A stretch of 64,000 nt of DNA, taken from NCBI GenBank assembly GCA_016699365.1, contig CP064973.1, positions 507,524 to 571,523 of the forward strand, read 5' to 3'. Both the position numbers and the translations under genes were made by a program. Each line of letters begins with the position of its first letter. Position 1 is the first letter of the stretch. Of the stretch, positions 1 through 8,280 are shown one piece after another. Under the pieces are notes generated by a model. The model was not told the origin of the DNA. It ran no database searches and saw nothing but the letters and a program-made list of their open reading frames with translations. This DNA is from Candidatus Nomurabacteria bacterium. Lineage in GTDB: Bacteria > Patescibacteriota > Minisyncoccia > Phycocordibacterales > UBA9973.

Positions 1-650
1 GCACGTTCTACTTCTGTAAGATATTTTGCATTTACTTCCTTTTTTTCTTTTAGAAGTTCAACAACCAACGCATGCTCTTTTGGGTATGCATAGGGGAATG
101 CTGCGTCTTCAAGTTCACCCTTGAGCTTACCCATACCGAGTCGGTTTGCTAGTGGTGCATATATTTCAAGAGTCTCAAGTGCAATGCGCTTTTGTTTATC
201 AGGGCGTAGATGTGAAAGGGTTTGAATATTGTGTAAACGATCGGCAAGCTTTATAACAATTACGCGCAAATCTTCAGCCATTGATACAAAGAATTTTCGC
301 ATGTTTTCTACGTTACGTTCTACTCCGCGGTATTTTAATTTTCCTAGCTTTGTAATTCCGTGAACAAGAAATTGTATTTCCTTACCAAAAATTTTCTCCA
401 AGTCTTCTTCGGTTACTTCGGTATCTTCGACAGTATCGTGAAGTAAGCCTGAGGCTATAACAGTACTACTCATACCCAAATCTGCCAGAGTAATAGCTGT
501 AGAATATACGTGATTGAAATAGGGTTCTCCACTAGCCCTCTTTTGAGGTAGATGGGCTTTTTCTGCGTATTCATATGCACGAGTAATAAGCTCAATATCT
601 TTTTCGTTTGGGCTATTTGTGTGCTTTAGTAGCTCCTTTAAGCTTGGCAT
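1..650 (-). CDS. (p)ppGpp synthetase/hydrolase, RelA/SpoT family. N-terminal HD domain; the gene continues beyond the window edge
   Basis: Minus-strand translation from ATG (rc of 648-650) reads MPSLKELLKHTNSPNEKDIELITRAYEYAEKAHLPQKRASGEPYFNHVYSTAITLADLGM...LLHDTVEDT (HD motif)...IKLADRLHNIQTL. This is the typical RelA/SpoT N-terminal hydrolase domain. Confidence 0.8.
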   Translation of the reverse strand, partial: MPSLKELLKHTNSPNEKDIELITRAYEYAEKAHLPQKRASGEPYFNHVYSTAITLADLGMSSTVIASGLLHDTVEDTEVTEEDLEKIFGKEIQFLVHGITKLGKLKYRGVERNVENMRKFFVSMAEDLRVIVIKLADRLHNIQTLSHLRPDKQKRIALETLEIYAPLANRLGMGKLKGELEDAAFPYAYPKEHALVVELLKEKKEVNAKYLTEVER

Positions 651-723
651 ATATAAACTATATCCTATAAATATTTTTTTGACAAAAAAGATTTATAGTG
701 TTAGATTTTTTAAAATTGTTTTT

Positions 724-1332
724 ATGAATATATACATAGCCAGGCATGGCGAAAATGAAGATAATGCAAAAGGTATTCTAAATGGGCATCGTGACCTACC
801 TCTTACAGATAAGGGATATGAACAGGCAAGGATTCTTGCAGGTAAAATAAAAGAAACCCAGATTAATTTCGACGTGGTCTACTCATCTCCACTTGAGCGA
901 GCGTATGAAACAGGGAGAGTCATAACAAGAGTATTGCGTTTGATGAATCCAGTAGTCCATCCTCTATTGATCGAAAGAGACTTTGGTGTTATGACTGGAC
1001 TCAAGGCCAGTCAAATCGAAGAAGTATGTGGAAGCCGTATTATTAAAGGGGAACACATCACATATTTCCTTGATCCACCAGAAGCTGAAACATTTCCTGA
1101 CCTGATGGTTCGAGCAAGAGAATTCTTGGATTTTTTGCAAGAAGTTCATAGCGAGAATGAGAATATCTTGCTTACTTGTCATGGAGATATTGGCAAAATG
1201 ATTTACGCAGAATTTTACGGTCTTGATTGGGAGGATGTTCTTGTAAATTTCCATTTTGGAAATTGCGACTTACTTTTGCTATCTAAAGATTCTCCAAAAG
1301 AAGATGTTCACGTGTTTGAATTCAAGCATTAA
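724..1332 (+). CDS. histidine phosphatase family protein (phosphoglycerate mutase-like)
   Basis: ATG at 724. The N-terminus MNIYIARHGENEDNAKGILNGHRDLPLTDKGYEQA carries the RHG catalytic motif of histidine phosphatase branch 1. The track ORF 619.. only adds an upstream non-ATG extension. Confidence 0.75.
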   Translation: MNIYIARHGENEDNAKGILNGHRDLPLTDKGYEQARILAGKIKETQINFDVVYSSPLERAYETGRVITRVLRLMNPVVHPLLIERDFGVMTGLKASQIEEVCGSRIIKGEHITYFLDPPEAETFPDLMVRAREFLDFLQEVHSENENILLTCHGDIGKMIYAEFYGLDWEDVLVNFHFGNCDLLLLSKDSPKEDVHVFEFKH

Positions 1333-1389
1333 AGCAAAATCCCGCATGACTTGCGGGATTTTTATTTGTGTGGTATGGTTGGAAAAAAT
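1333..1389 (+). repeat. 57-bp direct repeat copy A: terminator hairpin (AAATCCCGCA-tgact-TGCGGGATTT plus T-run) followed by TGTGGTATGGT extended -10-like box and a GGAAAAAA RBS-like tract
   Basis: Exact 57-nt identity with 1823-1879. The hairpin and T-tract are read directly from the sequence. Confidence 0.9.
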
Positions 1390-1394
1390 AATAT

Positions 1395-1808
1395 ATGGAA
1401 AAATTTGTTATTTCCCATGAGAACGTCATGGAAGTGTCTAAATTAGTAAACAAGGCACTTGGTAGAGGTTTTGACATCAGTGGTATTTGGGGACACTCAC
1501 TTTTGAGTGGTGAGTATGTTGGGATGACTCACAATATCCCAAAGCTTGATACAAGTAATGTGAACGACGGGAAGCATTATGCATACAACGGCGTCCAGAT
1601 GAAGTTTCAAAAGGCAAGAGTTGAAAATGCCGATGCTAAATCACTTGCAGAGATTGCTAAGTACATTTCACAGGGAAGCTCCGAAAGTATCCATTCCGTA
1701 TTTGAAGGAGATGTTGTGATAATAAACAGGGAAAAAGTTTATTTTATTTCCCCTGGCGGGCCGAAGAAAAAAATCGCAGCTCTCGTCCCTTCTGTTGGGC
1801 TAAAATAA
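1395..1808 (+). CDS. hypothetical protein (137 aa) bracketed by the 57-bp direct repeats
   Basis: Intact ATG..TAA ORF (MEKFVISHENVMEVSKLVNK...) with no family recognised. Each flanking repeat supplies a terminator plus promoter. Confidence 0.55.
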   Translation: MEKFVISHENVMEVSKLVNKALGRGFDISGIWGHSLLSGEYVGMTHNIPKLDTSNVNDGKHYAYNGVQMKFQKARVENADAKSLAEIAKYISQGSSESIHSVFEGDVVIINREKVYFISPGGPKKKIAALVPSVGLK

Positions 1809-1822
1809 AATATACTTTACCT

Positions 1823-1879
1823 AGCAAAATCCCGCATGACTTGCGGGATTTTTATTTGTGTGGTATGGTTGGAAAAAAT
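1823..1879 (+). repeat. 57-bp direct repeat copy B (identical to 1333-1389)
   Basis: Exact identity of agcaaaatcccgcatgacttgcgggatttttatttgtgtggtatggttggaaaaaat. Confidence 0.9.
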
Positions 1880-1884
1880 TAATA

Positions 1885-2226
1885 ATGGAACAAGCGTTTA
1901 CGGACTTCAATTTCTTCATTAAGATGGTGGTTATTTTATTTTGGTATTCAGCTCAGCTCTTCATAACTTTTCATTTTTTGAAAAAAATGAAAGAAGAGGC
2001 TGGAACAAGTGCGGAAAAATATTTTAGTAGCCCGCAATTCCTCCGGTCCAAGAAATTGAAATTCATTGTGACCATAATTGCTCTTTTTGTTCTTATAATT
2101 ATTTTCCTTTTGGAAATTTATTTTGACCTAGAAAGAATGATTGTTTTGCAGCTGGTGTTTATATTATTTGCATACTTGGATCATAGGTCATGGAAAGACC
2201 TTCAGGAAAGATATAAAAAAATATAA
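1885..2226 (+). CDS. small hydrophobic membrane protein, hypothetical
   Basis: ATG at 1885 directly after repeat copy B. Two predicted TM helices (VVILFWYSAQLFITFHF, IVTIIALFVLIIIFLLEIYF). The 1858 start would overlap the upstream terminator. Confidence 0.5.
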   Translation: MEQAFTDFNFFIKMVVILFWYSAQLFITFHFLKKMKEEAGTSAEKYFSSPQFLRSKKLKFIVTIIALFVLIIIFLLEIYFDLERMIVLQLVFILFAYLDHRSWKDLQERYKKI

Positions 2227-2233
2227 ATAAAAA

Positions 2234-2266
2234 AAATCCTTTGTTTGATCAAAGGATTTTTCTTTT
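2234..2266 (+). terminator. rho-independent terminator (AAATCCTTTG-tttgat-CAAAGGATTT plus T-run)
   Basis: 10-bp stem and T-tract immediately after the TAA at 2224-2226. Confidence 0.65.
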
Positions 2267-2269
2267 GGC

Positions 2270-2341
2270 TTATTTATTGAGTTTGTGAGGATTGTGATTT
2301 GGGCAAGATTTATTACTACAACGTTCCGGTATCGTTTTAGG
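2270..2341 (-). pseudogene. decayed duplicate of the topA 3' end (last ~23 codons: PKTIPERCSNKSCPNHNPHKLNK*)
   Basis: Minus-strand translation matches the authentic topA C-terminus TKTIPERCSNNKCPNHRPDKLNKPVK*. The nucleotide alignment runs from ggcttattta through caacgttccggtatcgt. Confidence 0.6.
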
Positions 2342-2348
2342 TCACAAG

Positions 2349-2427
2349 TCAATAATTCTTCGTCAAGAATTATTGCTCGCGACCCCGACTCGCGGTTTCT
2401 GTTGCTACAGAAACATCGCTCCGTCCG
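2349..2427 (+). repeat. GC-rich multi-hairpin element, copy 1: hairpin CAATAATTCTT/AAGAATTATTG, core CTCGCGACCCCGACTCGCGG, hairpin GTTTCTG/CAGAAAC, tail ATCGCTCCGTCCG
   Basis: Homologous to 14959-15030 and to the reverse complement of 39521-39593. The second hairpin shows compensatory substitutions between copies. Confidence 0.55.
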
Positions 2428-2461
2428 ACGAAGACGATTATAAATGCAAATAAATTTGCAT

Positions 2462-4690
2462 TTATTTAACTGGCTTATTTAGTTTATCTGGGCGGTGGTT
2501 AGGACACTTATTGTTACTGCAACGTTCAGGTATCGTCTTCGTCCCTTCCATCATAAGGCTTCCGCACATATCACAGATACGGCCTGTCGGTTTTGCTTTG
2601 ATTGCGTTTTTACAATCTGGATAGTTTGAGCAAGAATAAAATATTCCAAATCTTCCTTTGCGCTCCATCATCTCACCTTTTTTACAAACCGGACATTCTA
2701 CGCCAGTCATCTTTTTCTTGCGCTCTTCTTCGTCTTCTTTTATAAATTTACATTTTGGATAACGTGAGCAAGATATAAACATTCCAAAACGCCCTTCGCG
2801 TATTACTAGTTTTCCACCGCCAGATTTTGTAAGTTCCTTTTGTTTACCATCTTTATCTGTTCCGCAGAGTGGGCAAGGTTCTCCAATTTCTTTTGGCCCT
2901 TCCATGATTTTACCTTCAATAGTTCTTCCACCCATACAGTTTGGAAAATCTGCACAAGAAAGAAATTTTCCGTTCTTTCCTAGCTTTATGTACATTTCTT
3001 TGCCGCACACTGGGCAAGGGAATTCTTTTGGTCCAGCTCCTAGGTTTGTAATCTTATCTATTTTGTCTTTTGCTTTTACATCTTTTGTAAATGGCCCATA
3101 GAAATCTTTTAGAGTTTTTACATATTCTTTTTTACCTTCGGCAATATCGTCGAGATTGTCTTCCATATCTGCAGTAAATGTATCTGATATGTAGTCCATA
3201 AAGTTTGCTTCAAGAAAACTTGAAACTACATCACCTGTATCAGTAGGGAAAAGTGTACGGCCTTCTTTTGTTACATATCCGCGCTCTTCGATTGTGCGCA
3301 TGATTGATGCATATGTAGACGGGCGTCCTATACCGCGAGATTCAAGTTCTTTGACTAGTCCAGCTTCAGTGTATCGAGATGGAGGTTGTGTTTCTTTTTC
3401 TGTACTACGTAAGTCCACAAGTGTTATGGTCTCTCCAATAGAAACTTTTGGTAGCTCTACATCTTCTCCTCGAGCGTCTGTATCTACAGTGAGCCATCCT
3501 GGGAAAATAACTCGTGATCCATTTGCAGTGAAGTCTGGAATATCACTATCGATATTTGCTGTAATTTTTGTACGCAACACTTTTGCATCTACCATTTGTG
3601 AAGAAACAGCTCTTTCCCAGATTAGGCGGTATAGTTTTTGCTGTTCTTCGGTGGAGCCTTCGCGAAGATTTTCAACATGAGTCGGGCGGATCGCTTCGTG
3701 AGCCTCTTGAGCGTTTTTGGATTTTGTTTTATAAGTATGAGCTTCGGCATATTCTTTTCCATATTTTTTTGCGATAAGAGCAAGTATCTGATCTTGTGCT
3801 TGTTTACTAAGATTTGTCGAATCTGTACGCATGTACGATATGTGTCCAGCTTCATAAAGTTTCTGTGCGACTTGCATAGTGCGGGATGGAGAAAATCCAA
3901 GACGAGTTGAAGCAACTTGCTGAAGTGTTGAGGTAGTAAAAGGTGCACGTGCTGATCTTTTTTGTTCGGTTTCTTTTACGTCTGTTACTTTCCAAGTTCC
4001 TTTTTTACCTTCTGCAAGAATTTTGTTTACTATTTTCTCATCACGAGGTTCTTCTACACACGAAAGGGTTAGAGCTTCTTTTTTTGAAGTTTTAAAATCT
4101 CCATCAATAACCCAGAATTTTTCAGGAATAAAAGCACGAATCTCACGTTCGCGTTCCATTATGATACGAAGTGCAGGGGATTGCACTCGTCCAGCTGAAA
4201 GTCCATAACGAACCTTTTTCCAGATAAGTCCTGACAGATCGTAGCCGACAAGTCTATCCAATACTCTACGAGCTTCTTGGGCTTTTACAAGTTTTTCATC
4301 TATATCACGAGGGTGCTTGAGAGCTTCCTCGATTGCTTCTTTTGTGATTTCATTGAAAGCTACGCGCTTGATATCACTCTTCACTTTCTTATCTGCATCT
4401 AGAATTTGTTTTATATGCCAAGAAATAGCCTCTCCTTCACGGTCCGGGTCAGTTGCAAGTATTATAGAATCAGCTTTGTGTGCAAGGGTCTTTAGTTCAC
4501 TTATGACTTTTTCTTTACCAACAGAATTTTCATAGTGTGGTACAAACCCAGCTTCTATATCAATAGCTTTTTTATTTGATTTTGGAAGGTCTCGAATATG
4601 TCCAACAGACGCGCGAACAGTGTACTTGCCGTCCAAGTACTTTTCTATAGTCTTTGCTTTTGATGGTGATTCGACGATTAAGAGTTTCAT
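2462..4690 (-). CDS. topA: DNA topoisomerase I with four C-terminal Cys4 zinc ribbons
   Basis: 742-aa ORF. N-terminal TOPRIM region MKLLIVESPSKAKTIEKYL, catalytic region with active-site Tyr (ISYMRTDSTNLS), then repeated CPxCG...C..C zinc-ribbon modules. Confidence 0.95.
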   Translation of the reverse strand: MKLLIVESPSKAKTIEKYLDGKYTVRASVGHIRDLPKSNKKAIDIEAGFVPHYENSVGKEKVISELKTLAHKADSIILATDPDREGEAISWHIKQILDADKKVKSDIKRVAFNEITKEAIEEALKHPRDIDEKLVKAQEARRVLDRLVGYDLSGLIWKKVRYGLSAGRVQSPALRIIMEREREIRAFIPEKFWVIDGDFKTSKKEALTLSCVEEPRDEKIVNKILAEGKKGTWKVTDVKETEQKRSARAPFTTSTLQQVASTRLGFSPSRTMQVAQKLYEAGHISYMRTDSTNLSKQAQDQILALIAKKYGKEYAEAHTYKTKSKNAQEAHEAIRPTHVENLREGSTEEQQKLYRLIWERAVSSQMVDAKVLRTKITANIDSDIPDFTANGSRVIFPGWLTVDTDARGEDVELPKVSIGETITLVDLRSTEKETQPPSRYTEAGLVKELESRGIGRPSTYASIMRTIEERGYVTKEGRTLFPTDTGDVVSSFLEANFMDYISDTFTADMEDNLDDIAEGKKEYVKTLKDFYGPFTKDVKAKDKIDKITNLGAGPKEFPCPVCGKEMYIKLGKNGKFLSCADFPNCMGGRTIEGKIMEGPKEIGEPCPLCGTDKDGKQKELTKSGGGKLVIREGRFGMFISCSRYPKCKFIKEDEEERKKKMTGVECPVCKKGEMMERKGRFGIFYSCSNYPDCKNAIKAKPTGRICDMCGSLMMEGTKTIPERCSNNKCPNHRPDKLNKPVK

Positions 4691-4781
4691 ATATTTATTA
4701 CTTATTTATATAAACACAATAAGTATGTTGCTAAATTAGTACCACGCTTCAATTTTTTTAGCAAATTTGATAATTTTAATT

Positions 4782-5642
4782 TTAAATTCTTATGATCTCT
4801 CCGAACTCTTCTTTTATAAGACCTTTTATCTCCAATACTGATAATATGGAGTTTATTTCTGTAACGGATTTATCTATGGTGCGCAGAACTTCGTCACGTG
4901 CTTTTGGTTCACTTAAAAATTCTAAAATTATCTTTTCGTCCTGAGAGCAATCTTCCAATTCACGGTTTATATCCTCTTTTTTCTCAACAGAAAAACCTAA
5001 GGCTTCTAATAGTTCGTTGGAATTTGTTATAGGTGTTGCACCAAGTCTAATCAACGAATTTGTTCCTTTTGATACAGGAGAGAATATAGAGCCCGGGACC
5101 ACTAAAACATCTCTATTGTATTCAGTAGCAAGACGCGCGGTTATGCGAGTTCCTGATTTTTCTTCAGCTTCTATTATTAGCACAGCTTTTGATATTCCGG
5201 CCATTAGACGATTGCGTCTTGGGAAGGTCCATATAGCCGCAGATTGTTCTGGCTCAAATTCAGAAACAAGACATCCTCCTTGTGTAATTATGCTATCCGC
5301 AAGACCTCTATTTGAATACGGATAAAGATTTTTATTTGAAAGCCCTGATCCAGGGAAGGCTACTGTCTTTAATCCAGCTCTCATGGCGGCTTTATGTGCG
5401 ATAGTGTCTATACCAAGAGCAAGTCCTGAAACTATAACAATAGGGTATCCACGGAGTCCTTCTATTAGCATTTCACAAGCATCGCGTCCATAGCTTGTGT
5501 ATTTTCTAGAGCCGACAATTGTTAGATATATAGAACCAATAGGTGGTAACTTGCCTTTGATGTAAATTTTTTTAGGTGGCTCTGGTATTTCATTCAGGCC
5601 GAAAGGGAAGTCTTCTTTTTTTAGTTCTTCTATATTTTCCAT
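4782..5642 (-). CDS. dprA: DNA processing protein DprA (Smf)
   Basis: Rossmann-like DprA core (GSRKYTSYGRDA...IVSGLALGIDTIAHKAAMRAG...VAFPGSGL) plus a C-terminal winged-helix-like tail. Confidence 0.85.
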   Translation of the reverse strand: MENIEELKKEDFPFGLNEIPEPPKKIYIKGKLPPIGSIYLTIVGSRKYTSYGRDACEMLIEGLRGYPIVIVSGLALGIDTIAHKAAMRAGLKTVAFPGSGLSNKNLYPYSNRGLADSIITQGGCLVSEFEPEQSAAIWTFPRRNRLMAGISKAVLIIEAEEKSGTRITARLATEYNRDVLVVPGSIFSPVSKGTNSLIRLGATPITNSNELLEALGFSVEKKEDINRELEDCSQDEKIILEFLSEPKARDEVLRTIDKSVTEINSILSVLEIKGLIKEEFGEIIRI

Positions 5643-5692
5643 ATGTTTACTTGCTTTGAATATTTTTATACAATTATAAAAAATTATAGCAG

Positions 5693-6004
5693 ATGGTAAA
5701 GAGAATAGATGTTACCCCTTTTCCAAAGAAGAAACTTGAGAGGTTAAATGGAACTAATAATATTGATTTTGTTGAAAATGATGGATGGGTTGGGTTCTTG
5801 ATTCAAATAGAATTTGAAGATGGAAGAATTTTAGAAGAAAGAACTTCTGCTCCGCTCAATTCTGAAACAGAACTTACACCAGCTTATTATTTTACAGTTG
5901 GAGTACAGATGCTTGCTTCTATTATTGGCGCTGAATACAGCTTCGTTCATCACAAGAAAGATTTTACAAAATTAGGAAACCTACAAGAGGACTATGAGAA
6001 TTAA
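5693..6004 (+). CDS. hypothetical protein (103 aa)
   Basis: ATG..TAA ORF followed by a hairpin at 6008-6035. No recognisable motif. Confidence 0.45.
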   Translation: MVKRIDVTPFPKKKLERLNGTNNIDFVENDGWVGFLIQIEFEDGRILEERTSAPLNSETELTPAYYFTVGVQMLASIIGAEYSFVHHKKDFTKLGNLQEDYEN

Positions 6005-6057
6005 AGCTCTAAAGACTAGAGCTTTTTTATTTTGGAATATTTTGTTATAGTTTTAAA

Positions 6058-7371
6058 ATGCTAGACATAAAATTCATCCGTGAAAATCAAGATATTGTAA
6101 AACAGGCTATTTTAAAGAAAAGGGCATCTGTCGATATAGACGAGCTTCTTTCTTTGGATGACAGAAGGCTTGAGTTATCTAAAGTGTGCGAAGGTCTACG
6201 TGCAGAGCAAAATCTTGCTTCAAAACAAATCGCTGTAGAACGTGATGAAAATAAACGTGCTCAGATGATTTCTGAAATGAAATTGATCAAAGATGATTTT
6301 GAAAAGAATGAAGTTAGTCTGAGAGAGATAATGGAATCTTGGCAAAAAATAATGCTTACAATTCCAAATATTCCTTCTGTAGATACTCCCGAAGGAGAAG
6401 ATGATAGTGCAAATGTGGTAATAAAAGAATGGGGTCAGAAACCAGAATTTTCTTTTACACCAAAGGAGCATTTTGAAATTGGTAAAGCGTTAGGAGTTAT
6501 AGACACCGAGACTGCGACTGAAGTAGCTTCATCTAGATTTGCATATCTAAAAGGTGATCTTGTCTTGATGCAGTTTGCATTGATACAAATGTGTTATGAA
6601 TTGCTCGGCAACAAAGAAGTTCTTTCTGATATAGCAAAAAATGCAAACATCTCAATTCCTGTTGATGCTTTTATGCCGATAATACCTCCATTTTTTGTTC
6701 GGCCTGTAGCGCAGGTAAAAATGGCACGTTTTATGGGTGCTGAAAATCACTATATGTTTCCAGAAGATGATCTCATGCTTATAGGTTCTGCTGAACACAC
6801 ACTCGGAACTATGTATATGGATAAGATAATAGAAGAGCGCGATCTACCTATAAGACTTGCTGGATATTCAACCGCTTTTCGAAGAGAAGCAGGTACATAC
6901 GGAAAGGATACAAATGGAATATTAAGACAACATCAATTTGATAAATTAGAGATGGAAGTTTTTTCTTTGCCGGAGAACTCAATGCAAGAACAAAATTTTC
7001 TAGTCGCAATACAAGAGCATATACTTCAGAAGCTAAATATTCCTTATCAAGTCCTATCGGTCTGTTCTGGTGATATGGGATTCCCAGACTATAGACAAGT
7101 AGATATAAATTCTTGGATGCCAGGGCAAAATAAATATCGTGAGACTCACAGTGCTGACCTTACAGGAAATTTTCAATCAAGAAGATTGAATACTCGCGTT
7201 AGACGCGCAGATGGAAAGATAGAACCTGTTCATATGAATGATGCAACTGCAATTGCTATAGGAAGAATGCTGATTGCTATAATTGAAAACTATCAACAAG
7301 AGGATGGTTCTGTAAAAATTCCAGAAGTACTTAGACCATATTTAGGTAATAGAGAGTTTATTGGAAAATAA
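6058..7371 (+). CDS. serS: seryl-tRNA synthetase
   Basis: N-terminal coiled-coil arm (MLDIKFIRENQDIVKQAILKK) and class II motifs (FRREAGTYGKDTNGILRQHQFDKLE). Confidence 0.9.
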   Translation: MLDIKFIRENQDIVKQAILKKRASVDIDELLSLDDRRLELSKVCEGLRAEQNLASKQIAVERDENKRAQMISEMKLIKDDFEKNEVSLREIMESWQKIMLTIPNIPSVDTPEGEDDSANVVIKEWGQKPEFSFTPKEHFEIGKALGVIDTETATEVASSRFAYLKGDLVLMQFALIQMCYELLGNKEVLSDIAKNANISIPVDAFMPIIPPFFVRPVAQVKMARFMGAENHYMFPEDDLMLIGSAEHTLGTMYMDKIIEERDLPIRLAGYSTAFRREAGTYGKDTNGILRQHQFDKLEMEVFSLPENSMQEQNFLVAIQEHILQKLNIPYQVLSVCSGDMGFPDYRQVDINSWMPGQNKYRETHSADLTGNFQSRRLNTRVRRADGKIEPVHMNDATAIAIGRMLIAIIENYQQEDGSVKIPEVLRPYLGNREFIGK

Positions 7372-7386
7372 TAAGATTGTTTTTTC

Positions 7387-8280
7387 ATGGACAATAAAAG
7401 AGTCGTACTGAAGCCATCTCATATAGCAGAGCGTGAACGGAGGGCCAAAAGACGCCGTGTGTATTTTTTTGTGGCCACTATATTAGTGCTTTTAGGTATA
7501 TTGTCTTTTGCTTCACACTTGCGTTCGATAAATATATCAAATGTAATAGTAGAAGGTAATCGCATAAGCAGTGTTCGGGATATAACAAAATCTGCAAACA
7601 AAACTATAGAAGGTAATTATTTTTTTATATTCTCTAAATCTAATATTTTTATATTTTCTAAATCGAGTATAGAAAAGGATTTATTGAACGAATATCCTAG
7701 ACTTGAATCAGTTTCAGTATCGAGACTCGGATTCAACGGCATAAAGATAGTTGTAAAAGAGCGTGAAGGTCAGTATCTGTGGTGCGGATATTTGAATGAA
7801 GAATTTAATATAAATTCTGAATCGGCTTGTTATTTTACTGATGAGGAGGGTTATATATTTGGTACATCTCCGTATTTTTCTGGAGATGCATATTTTAAGT
7901 TTTATGGATCTGAAACGATAAATCGCACACTTAGTCCAATTGGTCAAAACGTAACTGACAAAGCAAGATTTATTGAGCTTATTCGACTAGTCTACGGACT
8001 AGAAGGTTTGGATATTGTTCCTGAGTCTATAAAAATACAAGACAATGGTGAATATCGTATTGTTTTAACAAAGACAGATAATAATCAGACTAATAAATCA
8101 TTTATTCTATTTTCACGAGAAAACAATTTAGAAGAATCTTTGGATAATTTAGCTATCGCGCTATCATCGGTTGATTTCAAGAAGCAATTTGACGAAGAGC
8201 GTTCAAACTTGCTATACATAGACTTACGATTTAAAGACAAGGTCTATTATAAATTTATGCCGAAGACAGCAAACTTTTAA
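7387..8280 (+). CDS. ftsQ: cell division protein FtsQ/DivIB-like (TM anchor plus POTRA)
   Basis: N-terminal TM (VYFFVATILVLLGILSFA) and a POTRA-like segment (NVIVEGNRISS...YPRLESVSVSRLGFNGIKIVVKERE). Contains an in-frame 24-bp tandem duplication at ~7622-7669. Confidence 0.6.
   Translation: MDNKRVVLKPSHIAERERRAKRRRVYFFVATILVLLGILSFASHLRSINISNVIVEGNRISSVRDITKSANKTIEGNYFFIFSKSNIFIFSKSSIEKDLLNEYPRLESVSVSRLGFNGIKIVVKEREGQYLWCGYLNEEFNINSESACYFTDEEGYIFGTSPYFSGDAYFKFYGSETINRTLSPIGQNVTDKARFIELIRLVYGLEGLDIVPESIKIQDNGEYRIVLTKTDNNQTNKSFILFSRENNLEESLDNLAIALSSVDFKKQFDEERSNLLYIDLRFKDKVYYKFMPKTANF

Noticed and set aside
619-723. Upstream extension of the histidine phosphatase ORF (track start 619)
   Set aside because: It begins at a non-ATG codon inside the relA/spoT 5' region. 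The ATG at 724 gives the canonical N-terminus directly preceding the RHG motif.
1858-1884. Earlier start (1858) for the small membrane protein
   Set aside because: It would place the start inside the 57-bp terminator/promoter repeat. ATG 1885 follows the purine-rich tract.
2904-4535. Several 60-130-aa ORFs on the plus strand inside topA (2904-3101, 3294-3680, 3568-3777, 3638-3910, 4023-4208, 4317-4535) and the minus-strand ORF 3622-3948
   Set aside because: They are antisense or overlapping frames inside a full-length, motif-rich topA, with skewed composition and no support: spurious.
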